Source: a virus
Lineage: Duplodnaviria > Caudoviricetes
Length of the DNA: 64,000 nucleotides
IMG/VR virus record: IMGVR_UViG_3300027754_000037
Strand: one strand, 5' to 3'
In this document: positions 46,311-55,836 of the stretch, in pieces
Layout: every line of letters starts with the position of its first letter
Numbering within the stretch: the first letter of the stretch is position 1
Position numbers and translations under genes: made by a program
The notes under the pieces: model-generated
Database searches by the model: none
What the model was told of the DNA's origin: nothing
What the model saw: only the letters and a program-made list of their open reading frames with translations

Positions 46311-47937
46311 GCGGGAAGTTGGATTGTCTGTAATTGTTGGCAGCTTTTATTAATCCGCAAAAAAGAGCACTTGGAAATTGCAATTTTGACTTAAACTCAG
46401 GGTGCGCTTGGGTGCCAATAAAATATGGATGGATTGAACGGTCCAATTCCATAATTTCAACCAGACCTTCGTCCGTGCTTTGACCACTTACTCTAAATCC
46501 CTTTTTCGCATATTGCTCCGTGTAGGCTGGATTAACCTCGTATCTATGGCGATGCCTCTCATGAATTATTTTGCTTCCGTAAAGCTCTAATGCCAAACTG
46601 TCTTTAACGAGTTCGCATCCATAAGAACCAAGACGCATAGTGGCAGATTTCTTCTTGAGGTTTTCTTGACCTTCAACATAGTGCACAACCGGATTAGTGG
46701 TGTTTTTATCGAATTCCAAAGAATTTGCATCGGTCAAATTGCAGGCATTTCTGCCAAACTCAACAACGGCCATCTGTAGACCTAAGCAAATTCCCAAAAA
46801 TGGTATTTTCTTTTCACGCACATACTGAATAGCCTTGATTTTGCCCTCAACTCCACGATTGTCAAATCCTCCCGGCACGATGATGCCAGAAAGTCCTTCA
46901 AAGTATTTGTGAAGACCACGAGCATCCTTGTATTTTTCTAGCTCTTCTGTCTTAACCCATCGGATATTCACACGAACATCGTTGGCGATTCCAGCATGCA
47001 TTATCGCCTCTTTGAGAGACATATAAGCTTCGTCGCAATTATCATATTTGCCAAAAATTCCAATTTCAATCGGAGTGAGATTGTTGGCAACATACTTTTC
47101 AACAACATCACGATATTTGTGAATTCGGCAGGCGCTGCGACTCAGCCTGAAAAGGTCAACAAATAAATCATCTACATGACGGTCATAGAATGAAAGGGGC
47201 ACTTTATAGACGCTTTCAACATCCGGTGCCTCAAAAATGCACTCCCTCTTGACATTTGTCATCTGCGAAACTTTAGACAAGAATTTTTCTGGCACATTTC
47301 TATCAACACGGCAAAACAAAGCATCCGGCTGAAGCCCGTGCCTTTGCAGTTCCTTGACGCTGTTTTGCAATGGCTTTGACTTGAATTCTTTGATTGTCTG
47401 GACCCAAAGAATTGGTGCAACCATGACAATAAGAACATCGTCCTTGAGTTTTTGTTTAAATTGCCTCATGGCTTCAAAATAAGCGTAGCTTTCGCTGTCG
47501 CCTACCGTGCCACCAATTTCGGCAATAACAACATCCTTGTCTTTTCCAAGCTCAATAAGTCTTTCTTGAATTTTATTGGTGATATGGGGGCTTAACTGGA
47601 TGGTTTGACCCAGATATTTACCATTTTCTTGTTCTTCAATTAATTCTTTGTAAAGAGTGCCGGAAGTGCAAATGTTGTTTTTATTGACATTTATACCGGC
47701 AATTCTTTCGTAATGTCCTAAGTCTAGATCGGTTTCTGTGCCATCGTCACACAAAAAACATTCACCGTGTTCTCGTGGTGCCAATACACCAGCATCGGTG
47801 TTTAAATACGGATCAAATTTAATCAAATCAATGCGGTGGCCTCGGAATTTAAGCAACAAACCTATGCTGGCTGCTGAAACACCTTTCCCCGTACCGCTGA
47901 TCACACCGCCAACAACGATGATATATTTGCATGACAT
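46288..47937 (-). CDS. pyrG: CTP synthase
   Basis: GGVISGTGKG, KFDPYLN, ETDLDLGHYER, GICLG, RHRHRYE, HPE. Confidence 0.97.
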   Translation of the reverse strand: MSCKYIIVVGGVISGTGKGVSAASIGLLLKFRGHRIDLIKFDPYLNTDAGVLAPREHGECFLCDDGTETDLDLGHYERIAGINVNKNNICTSGTLYKELIEEQENGKYLGQTIQLSPHITNKIQERLIELGKDKDVVIAEIGGTVGDSESYAYFEAMRQFKQKLKDDVLIVMVAPILWVQTIKEFKSKPLQNSVKELQRHGLQPDALFCRVDRNVPEKFLSKVSQMTNVKRECIFEAPDVESVYKVPLSFYDRHVDDLFVDLFRLSRSACRIHKYRDVVEKYVANNLTPIEIGIFGKYDNCDEAYMSLKEAIMHAGIANDVRVNIRWVKTEELEKYKDARGLHKYFEGLSGIIVPGGFDNRGVEGKIKAIQYVREKKIPFLGICLGLQMAVVEFGRNACNLTDANSLEFDKNTTNPVVHYVEGQENLKKKSATMRLGSYGCELVKDSLALELYGSKIIHERHRHRYEVNPAYTEQYAKKGFRVSGQSTDEGLVEIMELDRSIHPYFIGTQAHPEFKSKLQFPSALFCGLIKAANNYRQSNFPPIEQVPM

Positions 47938-48033
47938 TTATTTTTTCCTCACCGCTCACACTTCGTTTTCATAAATGAGTGTGTCGCATCATAAGAAAAA
48001 AACAAAAATTTCACAATAGTTTTTTAAACAAAA

Positions 48034-48288
48034 TCAATCAGCGAATTGATTAACCTCTTCAAAAAAACGACATCCTTGTTGTTTAAAAGTCAAAAGACCC
48101 TTACGAGGGCTGTGACGATTGGCGCAAACACCCCAATTGTCACCCAAGTCTCCTGCCAATTTGATAAAATATTTGCAAGAACAAGAACAGTCTGGCCCAT
48201 AATCTTGCTCCCTTGATCTTGCACCGTATGGTTCAAAATCACATGGCAGCTTGATAAGAACCAATTCCATCAGCTTATTGTGAGACAT
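48034..48288 (-). CDS. Small Cys-rich protein, DUF3027-like
   Basis: CSCKYFIKLAGDLGDNWGVCAN..SP...GC. Confidence 0.55.
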   Translation of the reverse strand: MSHNKLMELVLIKLPCDFEPYGARSREQDYGPDCSCSCKYFIKLAGDLGDNWGVCANRHSPRKGLLTFKQQGCRFFEEVNQFAD

Positions 48289-48318
48289 GCTAACTCTCTA
48301 AAATTTTAATTTTAAACA

Positions 48319-49965
48319 TCAAGATTGACATGCGCTACATTCCAGAATTTTCCGTGAAAAATTTTGGGCTGCATTTATTGAAATCTGATAATAAAAACCC
48401 TTTACGCCCATCTTCCAAGCTTCCACCAGAAGGGCGTTTACATCCTTGGTTGGGATTGATGGATGAATCATAAGGTTTAAAGACTGTCCTTGGTCAATGT
48501 ACTTCTGGCGTTGACCCGCCTGAATCACAATTTCCATAGGACTAATTTCTGCAAATGTTTTGAAAACATTTTTTTCGTTTTCTGTCAAGAAATCTAGGTG
48601 TTGAACACTACCAGCATTCATAAGAATGCTCTTCCAGATTTCGTCGGTGTTCTTGCCTTTAGATTCAAGGAGAGCCTCAAGCTCATGATTCTTAACAGTA
48701 AATTTGCCCTTTTGTAGATCCTTGATGTAATAGTTGGTTCTGTGAGGCTCGATACCTTCAGAAACTTGACCCAAAATAAACGCAGACGATTTTGTAGGAG
48801 CTATAGCAAGAAGAGTGGTGTTTCTTCTGCCATAACCTTTACATACTTCTGATTCACCATATTCTTCTGCTAGCTTTGCACTTGCTTTATATGCAGCTTC
48901 CTTGATGTTCTTTGCGATTTGAATATTGTGAAACTTGGCTTCCATGCTCTCCCAAGGAATCATCTTGCTCTGAAGATAACTGTGCCAACCAAGCCAACCA
49001 ACACCAAGAGCACGATGCCTTTCGGCAAATTTAACGGCCCTTTCCATAAATTTAATCTTCTTGGCTTTTTCAATAAATTCTGTCATAACTGCATCAAGAA
49101 GATAAACAAGAAGTTCTACAGCATCAGTATCTTTCCATTCGTCATAATAAAGAATATTCATACTACTAAGATCGCAGACAAAAGATTCATCTTCATTGTC
49201 TACCAAAAATATTTCCGAACATAAATTTGAGTGTGTAATCTTCATTCCTTTATCTTTGTAGCAATCAACTGTATTATTGTTAGCGTTGTCTATAAAAATA
49301 ATATATGGATAACCAAAATTGGCTCTCATTTCGAGAACTTTAGCCCATATTTTTCTTTTGTCTGCATCTCCATTAATCATTTCTTCCATCCAATAGTCTG
49401 GTACACAGACCCCATATGACAAATCTTGGATAGCGAAACCTTCGGTTCTTATTTGAAGGAATTCCATAATGTCGGCATGGTCAATAGGAAGATAAGCTGC
49501 AAAATTACCTCTCCTTGTTGAGCCTTGACTAACAATTTGAATTAGGTTTTCAAACGCTTGCATAAAGTGAACAGCACCAGAGCTTTCTCCGTTGTCTCTA
49601 ATAGATGCTCCTCTAGGTCTTAGGTTTCCAAATGTAGCAGAGGTTCCTCCACCATATTTCGTCATCATGGCGACTTCTGCCCAAGTATATGCAATAGACT
49701 CCATAGAATCGCTTATTGACGACCCAAAACAACTAATGGGCATTCCTCTTTCATTGCCAAAGTTTGTCCAAATAGGAGTTGATAGGCTATACCAGCCTTT
49801 TTTGAAGTTCTCTTTAAATCGTGCAGCAAATCCCGGCTTGTTAAGCAGCTTTTCGGCAGTATTACAAATCTCATCGACTCTTTGGTCAACGGTTTGACCA
49901 TCAACCAAATAGTCTCTTTCCAAAAAGATACGAGAAAGCTCTGTTAACCATCTGTAGTCTGACAT
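48319..49965 (-). CDS. nrdA: Ribonucleotide reductase class Ia large subunit (short form, no ATP cone)
   Basis: ISCF, GGGT, SNLCSEI, CDLSS, APT.SS, GFYY, C-terminal CSAC. Confidence 0.95.
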   Translation of the reverse strand: MSDYRWLTELSRIFLERDYLVDGQTVDQRVDEICNTAEKLLNKPGFAARFKENFKKGWYSLSTPIWTNFGNERGMPISCFGSSISDSMESIAYTWAEVAMMTKYGGGTSATFGNLRPRGASIRDNGESSGAVHFMQAFENLIQIVSQGSTRRGNFAAYLPIDHADIMEFLQIRTEGFAIQDLSYGVCVPDYWMEEMINGDADKRKIWAKVLEMRANFGYPYIIFIDNANNNTVDCYKDKGMKITHSNLCSEIFLVDNEDESFVCDLSSMNILYYDEWKDTDAVELLVYLLDAVMTEFIEKAKKIKFMERAVKFAERHRALGVGWLGWHSYLQSKMIPWESMEAKFHNIQIAKNIKEAAYKASAKLAEEYGESEVCKGYGRRNTTLLAIAPTKSSAFILGQVSEGIEPHRTNYYIKDLQKGKFTVKNHELEALLESKGKNTDEIWKSILMNAGSVQHLDFLTENEKNVFKTFAEISPMEIVIQAGQRQKYIDQGQSLNLMIHPSIPTKDVNALLVEAWKMGVKGFYYQISINAAQNFSRKILECSACQS

Positions 49966-50945
49966 TAAAATAAATCCTCCGCTGTGTATGATTTAGAAAA
50001 TTTACTGTAAGTCACGGGTTTTTTATGGAAGAAGTCAGTATTAACTTCTGCATGTATTTCATCTTCAAACCACTTTAGTTCTGCGATAGCAGAAGGGTCT
50101 GGGCTGAACACCTTATGGCCACCAATCATTTCAAGACTTTCGTTGAATCTGTGCTTAATGTATTCTTTGATAACTGATTTTTTGATGAATGGCAATTCTC
50201 CAGCCTCAAAAATCCAATCAATAATTTTCTCTTCTGCTTCATATGCTTTTTTGCAAGCACGATAAAGCTTCTTGTAAAATTCTTCATTAAACCATTCTGG
50301 AAATTCTTTTTGTATCTGTTTAACAATGTAAACTCCCAACAAAGCGTGTAAAATTTCCTCTTTTTGTGTTGCTTGAACAACATTATCGATATCTTTCAAA
50401 CAATTCATATATTTGTTAAATGATTTAATGATAATGAATTGTGAAAATAAGCTTACATTTTCGATAAATATGGAAAACAAAGTAATCGTTAGTGTATAGT
50501 TTTCGTTGCTATTATCAGAAGCGCCTTTTAAGTATTTTGTTAGATAATCAACTCTTCCTTGAATTGCTGGATTTTGAAGCAATTGATCGAACTCATTGTT
50601 CATTCCAAGGATTTCTAGTAGGTGTGAATAGGCATCGCTATGTCTTACTTCCGACTCGCCAAATGTAACTCCAACTTGATCGAATTCAGCTTTTGGAAAT
50701 TTATCTCCAAGATTGGTCCAGAATTTTTTCACGGATATTTCAATTTGTGAAATTGCAAGCATTGCATTCTTAATAATGCTTTTTTCAACATTATTCAATT
50801 TGACATTAAAATCTTGAATATCACCAATAAAATTCCACTCACTTACAAGCCAATAGCTGTGATTTATTGCGTTTTTATATTCAGAAACTTCTGGATATTC
50901 AAATGGTTTGAATGCAACACGCTTATCAAAAATGCTCATGCTCAA
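49965..50945 (-). CDS. nrdB: Ribonucleotide reductase small subunit
   Basis: KPFEYP, ESEVRHSDAY, IENVSLFSQF, EEILH, DFF..KPVTYSK. Confidence 0.95.
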   Translation of the reverse strand: MSMSIFDKRVAFKPFEYPEVSEYKNAINHSYWLVSEWNFIGDIQDFNVKLNNVEKSIIKNAMLAISQIEISVKKFWTNLGDKFPKAEFDQVGVTFGESEVRHSDAYSHLLEILGMNNEFDQLLQNPAIQGRVDYLTKYLKGASDNSNENYTLTITLFSIFIENVSLFSQFIIIKSFNKYMNCLKDIDNVVQATQKEEILHALLGVYIVKQIQKEFPEWFNEEFYKKLYRACKKAYEAEEKIIDWIFEAGELPFIKKSVIKEYIKHRFNESLEMIGGHKVFSPDPSAIAELKWFEDEIHAEVNTDFFHKKPVTYSKFSKSYTAEDLF

Positions 50946-51009
50946 CTCCTATCTTCAAAATGTCGGGAAGGATATCTAAACGCTAACCGACAAAAATTTT
51001 AAATTATTT

Positions 51010-53103
51010 TTATTCGATCATGGTAGTGAAGCCATTTTGATGAACAAGATTCAGCGTATCGACACCCTGTAGCATTTTTGTCAAATCTGAATCGTGGGTT
51101 GTGACAAAAACCTGTTTGTCTTCTGCCAGTTCTGAAACCATATTGTAAATTCCTTGAACGCCCAAAGGGTCTACATTTGTAGTCACCTCGTCAAGAAATA
51201 CCAGCGATGGCACGGAACCTGTACTCATCATCATTATGTGTGCAAACGATTGGCTAACTGCCAAATTGAGTCTTCGTCGTTGTCCTGTTGACATAGCGTG
51301 ATAAATATAAGGATCGCCATCTGGAGGGTTTCTTTCGATGATTTCATTGAGCTCATTGTCAAACTTGAGCGTGATACGATTGTCAATCAAAAATTGAAGC
51401 CAGTAATTGATTCGGTTGTTCAACTCTGGAACTATTCCGTCAACAATCCACTTGCGGATGCCTTGATCACCAAATCCTTTTATCCAGTAGTCATAATAAG
51501 GCACTTCTGCCTCACACTCTTTGACTTCAATCTCCTTCTGAGCCACATCTTGTTTGACCTTTTTTAATTCTGATTCATCGTTCTCAACGATGTCTTTGAA
51601 TGGTGATTTGCCCGCAAGTTCGTTGCTTTTTTCTTGAATTTGATCTTTGAATGCTTTGATTTTTTCTTGCAACTCTATTTCGGCGTTGTCGGTTTTAGGT
51701 TCACGCACTTTTGATGAGCTTACGAGTTCATCACGGAGCTTCTTTAAATCAGCGTCACAACCCTCTATCTTTTTCGCAAACTGTGAAATGAATGCCTTTA
51801 ATTTTTCTTGTTTTTCTTTCACAGCATCAACTTTAACTCCAATTGCTTTTGTTTCTTCCAAGCAAACCTGAATTTTTTTATTCAAGGCTGTAATATCATT
51901 CTTAACGCTCTCTGCATATGTGGTCAGATTTTCTTCAAGAACATCACCATGACATTTATCGCATTTGCCGCCAACTTCATGGTTTTTCAGATGTTCAAGG
52001 TCCTGTTCTTTTGTCTTTCTTTTTGTAAGATAATCCTTGGTTGTTTTGGCCATGTCGTTGTATTGTGACACGATTTCCTGCGCTTCTGTCTTTAATGTAG
52101 ATTCTTTCTCTCTAGCAAGATCAAGCTTGTCTTGAATATCCTTTTTATCTTTTTCGACAACGGGCATTTTTTCGTTGATTTCTTTTATTTTTTCTTGTGC
52201 TTCTTCATAAGCCAGCAGCGCAACGCCATTGTCTGTTTTGCCCAGCATGGCAGCTATGATCTTGATTTTTGCCACGATGTTTTCAATTTCTTGTTTCTTA
52301 TCTTCGATCCATTTTTTTTCCTTTTGTTTAGCCAATTCCAAACGCCGTTCTGCATCTCCCATAGTATTCTGCAAAAGCTCGTATTCTTTCGTCTTGGTGT
52401 CGATCTTCGTTTTGATTTCTTTGCGCAAATTTTTGGCGTTTTCAAACCATTCCCGATACGCACCCAACGAGAGCATGTTTTCAACTATTTCTTTTTTCTG
52501 TTTATTGTCACACTCGAGGAAACAGGCTCTTTGGTCATCTGTGAATATGCAGATATTGACAAATGCTTCGTAAGAAAGACCGATTGTGTCCTCTATCTTT
52601 TTCTGAGTAGTTGCCATTGTCCCTTGAGTGATTTCGGTGGATTTATCCCAAATCCCCTCCTTGCTTTCCCAAACTCTAAGACTGTTTTTTGTGTCTTTAC
52701 CATTTTCTTTGCGCACACGAATAATTCTGATATCGTCGAAAATTAATTCGATTTTGGCATCTTTGCCTATCTTGTTGTGGACAACATCATTGGCCCCAAG
52801 CTTTTCTGGTCTTTTTACGGTTTTGCCATAAATCCCATAAGTGACAATTTCTTGTATGCTGCTTTTGCCAGTACCGTTGCTGCTGATTTTCATCTCATCG
52901 GAAGGTAAGGCGGGATCAATTGCTTTTGCGTCGAGATTTACGCCCCGCACTAAGATGATGTTTTTGAATTTCTCAAAATGAATTTCAATGCCTTCTGGGC
53001 CAAAAGGAAGAAAATTATACGCAGCAGCGTATTTGAATTTTAGATTACGCATGTTTCTGCCGCTTGAAAATATGTTGGTGAATGGGATGATAGACTTGCC
53101 CAT
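51010..53103 (-). CDS. SbcC/Rad50 (gp46-like) recombination ATPase
   Basis: Walker A NGTGKSS, CDKC zinc hook, signature MSTGQRRR, LVFLDE, TTHD; start may be ATG 53052. Confidence 0.93.
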   Translation of the reverse strand: MGKSIIPFTNIFSSGRNMRNLKFKYAAAYNFLPFGPEGIEIHFEKFKNIILVRGVNLDAKAIDPALPSDEMKISSNGTGKSSIQEIVTYGIYGKTVKRPEKLGANDVVHNKIGKDAKIELIFDDIRIIRVRKENGKDTKNSLRVWESKEGIWDKSTEITQGTMATTQKKIEDTIGLSYEAFVNICIFTDDQRACFLECDNKQKKEIVENMLSLGAYREWFENAKNLRKEIKTKIDTKTKEYELLQNTMGDAERRLELAKQKEKKWIEDKKQEIENIVAKIKIIAAMLGKTDNGVALLAYEEAQEKIKEINEKMPVVEKDKKDIQDKLDLAREKESTLKTEAQEIVSQYNDMAKTTKDYLTKRKTKEQDLEHLKNHEVGGKCDKCHGDVLEENLTTYAESVKNDITALNKKIQVCLEETKAIGVKVDAVKEKQEKLKAFISQFAKKIEGCDADLKKLRDELVSSSKVREPKTDNAEIELQEKIKAFKDQIQEKSNELAGKSPFKDIVENDESELKKVKQDVAQKEIEVKECEAEVPYYDYWIKGFGDQGIRKWIVDGIVPELNNRINYWLQFLIDNRITLKFDNELNEIIERNPPDGDPYIYHAMSTGQRRRLNLAVSQSFAHIMMMSTGSVPSLVFLDEVTTNVDPLGVQGIYNMVSELAEDKQVFVTTHDSDLTKMLQGVDTLNLVHQNGFTTMIE

Positions 53104-53116
53104 TCAAAAATGCAAG

Positions 53117-53842
53117 TTAGTTTTTTGAACTTTTTGTTTTATAGCAGAATGTTGGTTTGGCAATTATTTTACCAACTACAGTTTCTGGTATATTATAAAA
53201 ACTTTTACACTCTTCAGCATATAATTGGGCAAACATAGTGTTTTTGGCGAAACAAACATCTTTTTGATTGCCTGTTAAATGAATGGCAATAGGAATCTGT
53301 TCGTCGGTTTTGAAAATTCTATTTTCTACAACAAGATTTCCCAAGGCTGTCCAGTTATAAGTGTTGTCTAAAGGCATTAAATAATCTTTGAAGTAAGACA
53401 GGCCTTCAACCAGCAAAGGATCACGGAAAAAGCCTGTCATTTTATCTACGAATTCAAATTTTTTCCAAGCTTTTGAGGCACCGCCGACCATTCCTAAATT
53501 CTGATTTTTTGTTGCATAAAGACTGTGCTCGAACTGTTCAAAAAGGTTGTCAAAATTATTTTGAAACCAGACATCTACATCGTAATAAACGAAATTATCT
53601 TGAGTATTTTTTGCCAATAAGCTGATTTGACGCAATGAGTCCATCCGAAAATTATCTTTTAAAGATACAGGCTTGACTAGCACATCGTGTTTTTTCAGGA
53701 TATTCACAATTTGAGAAGAAAGACCATAGTCTAATACCACTAATTGGGAATTGGTTTTGGCAAGCAGTCTTAACGATGCAAGCCATGATCCTCCAAAAGG
53801 ATTCCAGTAATTTTGTGAAAATCCGGTTACAATAAAGTTCAA
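53117..53842 (-). CDS. Degenerate glycosyltransferase-like protein
   Basis: WLASLR...LVVLDYGL, VYYDVDVWF (DxD), IAIHLTG; TTG start. Confidence 0.45.
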   Translation of the reverse strand: MNFIVTGFSQNYWNPFGGSWLASLRLLAKTNSQLVVLDYGLSSQIVNILKKHDVLVKPVSLKDNFRMDSLRQISLLAKNTQDNFVYYDVDVWFQNNFDNLFEQFEHSLYATKNQNLGMVGGASKAWKKFEFVDKMTGFFRDPLLVEGLSYFKDYLMPLDNTYNWTALGNLVVENRIFKTDEQIPIAIHLTGNQKDVCFAKNTMFAQLYAEECKSFYNIPETVVGKIIAKPTFCYKTKSSKN

Positions 53843-53845
53843 AAT

Positions 53846-54904
53846 TTACTCCGATTTTTGACAGATTTTCTTTCCGATATTCAATAGCTTTTGCGGGTCT
53901 AATCCTCCATAACCGACTTGATTGGCAAACTTCTCAAGCATTTCGTCGCCTTGATATAAAATAGCTTTGGCATCGTGAATTACATGCTCGCTAATGGCCT
54001 TTTTTTGCTGCTTAATTTCCAAGCTTGCTAAATTTTTGTCATTGAGAATTTCCTTCTTAAGATTCAAGAGGTCGGTCGCCCCGATGTCTGAAACCTTAAG
54101 TTGGACATAGTTACCGTCCAGTTGATATTTATCACGCTCGTTGATATCAAGCACAAGGTGTTTGGGGCTGAAATTATTTTCAACATATTCTTTTTCGCCA
54201 GTCTTGCCGTTGAAAACAATGATGTGTTTGGTTTGAAAAGCTTCACCGAAACTCAGTTGCAAAGGAGAGCCAATGTATTCCACTTTTGATGTGACCTGTT
54301 GTTCAGCATGATAGTGTCCAAGAAATGTATGTTTATAATCATTGAAGATGGCAGAACCGACTGTCACCATATCGCCATCGTGTTCAATTGCCACATCAGA
54401 AGTTTGTGTTCTATGCAAAATCGCACCGTCTAAAGAAATGTGGCCTAATGCGTATTCTGGTCTTCCTTCAATTTTTCTAAGTTCTTCCAAAGTAGCAATT
54501 GGATTATGGGTATAGGGAACAAAATCCCAATTACAACCTTCGATGTTTTTTCTGCAAGGTTCGCTAATGATGTGAACATGTGGCAAAGCGCCCAAAGGTT
54601 TGACGCTGCTAACAGTTGTCCGGTCGTTATACCAAAGATCATGGTTGCCCAACAACAAATACAGGTCGAAAATATTTTGACCGACCCATTCCCCAACCAG
54701 TTCAAATGCTTTTTGATAAGTGTAAACTTCTATTTTTTGACGGTCATGAAATAAATCACCGCCAAACAATATAGATTTGATCTTTCTGTCTTTTGCAGTC
54801 TGAAAAACCCACTCTAAAGCCTTCAAACAATTTTCAAGACGATCATTGCTTCTTTTGTGTGGGTGAATGTGTATATCAGAAAACAAAAGGACATTTCCAC
54901 TCAT
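53846..54904 (-). CDS. SbcD/Mre11 (gp47-like) nuclease
   Basis: FSDIH, GGDLFH, GNHD, GHYH, YIGSP metallophosphoesterase motifs. Confidence 0.93.
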   Translation of the reverse strand: MSGNVLLFSDIHIHPHKRSNDRLENCLKALEWVFQTAKDRKIKSILFGGDLFHDRQKIEVYTYQKAFELVGEWVGQNIFDLYLLLGNHDLWYNDRTTVSSVKPLGALPHVHIISEPCRKNIEGCNWDFVPYTHNPIATLEELRKIEGRPEYALGHISLDGAILHRTQTSDVAIEHDGDMVTVGSAIFNDYKHTFLGHYHAEQQVTSKVEYIGSPLQLSFGEAFQTKHIIVFNGKTGEKEYVENNFSPKHLVLDINERDKYQLDGNYVQLKVSDIGATDLLNLKKEILNDKNLASLEIKQQKKAISEHVIHDAKAILYQGDEMLEKFANQVGYGGLDPQKLLNIGKKICQKSE

Positions 54905-54984
54905 GATTTTCTCCTTGGAAACAAGTTACACATATTTTTTGAACAAATCAAGGCAAATCACACATCTTACTCATAAATAATGTC

Positions 54985-55365
54985 ATGAGAAGTTTTAGGA
55001 CATTTTTGGACAATAAAATAATTACCGAGGCTGATGGTCCCGGAGCTCCTCCCGGTGGTCCTCCCGGTGGCGCTCCCGGTGGTCCTCCCGGTGGCCCTCC
55101 ACCCATGCCGATGCCGGGAGGTGGTGGTGGTCCCCCCGGTGGAGGATTGGGTGGAGGTCTTGGTGGCGGTCTAGGAGGCATGGGAAGTCCTCCTCCCGGT
55201 GGTGGAGGAGCGCCAGCACAAGCTAAAAAGCTCAAAGCCTACAATGTTTGGGATGCAATTGAAAAAGTAGTGGACCAAGATGCCTCTGCTGATAAAAAGA
55301 AAGATAACGAAGAAAAGCCCGAGAAGCCCGAGGCGAAGCAGCCAGAGAAGGCTCCTACTCCTTAA
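54985..55365 (+). CDS. Gly/Pro-rich low-complexity protein with capsid-targeting-like N-terminus
   Basis: MRSFRTFLDNKIITE; (PPGG)n; CATAAATA 5 nt upstream. Confidence 0.75.
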   Translation: MRSFRTFLDNKIITEADGPGAPPGGPPGGAPGGPPGGPPPMPMPGGGGGPPGGGLGGGLGGGLGGMGSPPPGGGGAPAQAKKLKAYNVWDAIEKVVDQDASADKKKDNEEKPEKPEAKQPEKAPTP

Positions 55366-55374
55366 CGGTGCGAC

Positions 55375-55833
55375 ATGAAAGAGAAAACTGCTGTCTTAAC
55401 AGCAGAGCAAATTGAATTTGCCTGCAAACAATTCATTACATATTTGAAAATATGTAATGAAAACAACACCTCTGCATCAGAAAGCAGCGTTGAAGATTCA
55501 TCGCTTTTAAGAAGATTGTTGTTGGGTAAAAAAGCACATGACAATCCTCCACCTCTCAGATTCAAATATCCAGCTTGGGAACTTGTTGAGGATGATGAAA
55601 TCGAAATTCATCATTTCACAGAGGACGAAAAGGGTATAGCTATCGATCAACACGGAGGTTACTCTTGGGCTGACAAAGATAAAAAAATCTTGGAATATAA
55701 GCGTTTAGGTCTTGTGTTTGAGTTGATCGAAAAAGAAGTTGCACCAGAAGCCGAATGTGTTGCAGAGGGAGTTGATCCCAACGAACACAAATATTTTGCA
55801 AAGTTTTTAAAAAGGCTTGTCGTGTATAAATAA
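55375..55833 (+). CDS. Hypothetical protein
   Basis: 152-aa ORF in the + strand run. Confidence 0.7.
   Translation: MKEKTAVLTAEQIEFACKQFITYLKICNENNTSASESSVEDSSLLRRLLLGKKAHDNPPPLRFKYPAWELVEDDEIEIHHFTEDEKGIAIDQHGGYSWADKDKKILEYKRLGLVFELIEKEVAPEAECVAEGVDPNEHKYFAKFLKRLVVYK
55825..55832 (+). promoter_or_regulatory. T4-type late promoter box TATAAATA
   Basis: Exact consensus, 4 nt before ATG 55837. Confidence 0.6.
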
Positions 55834-55836
55834 TAC

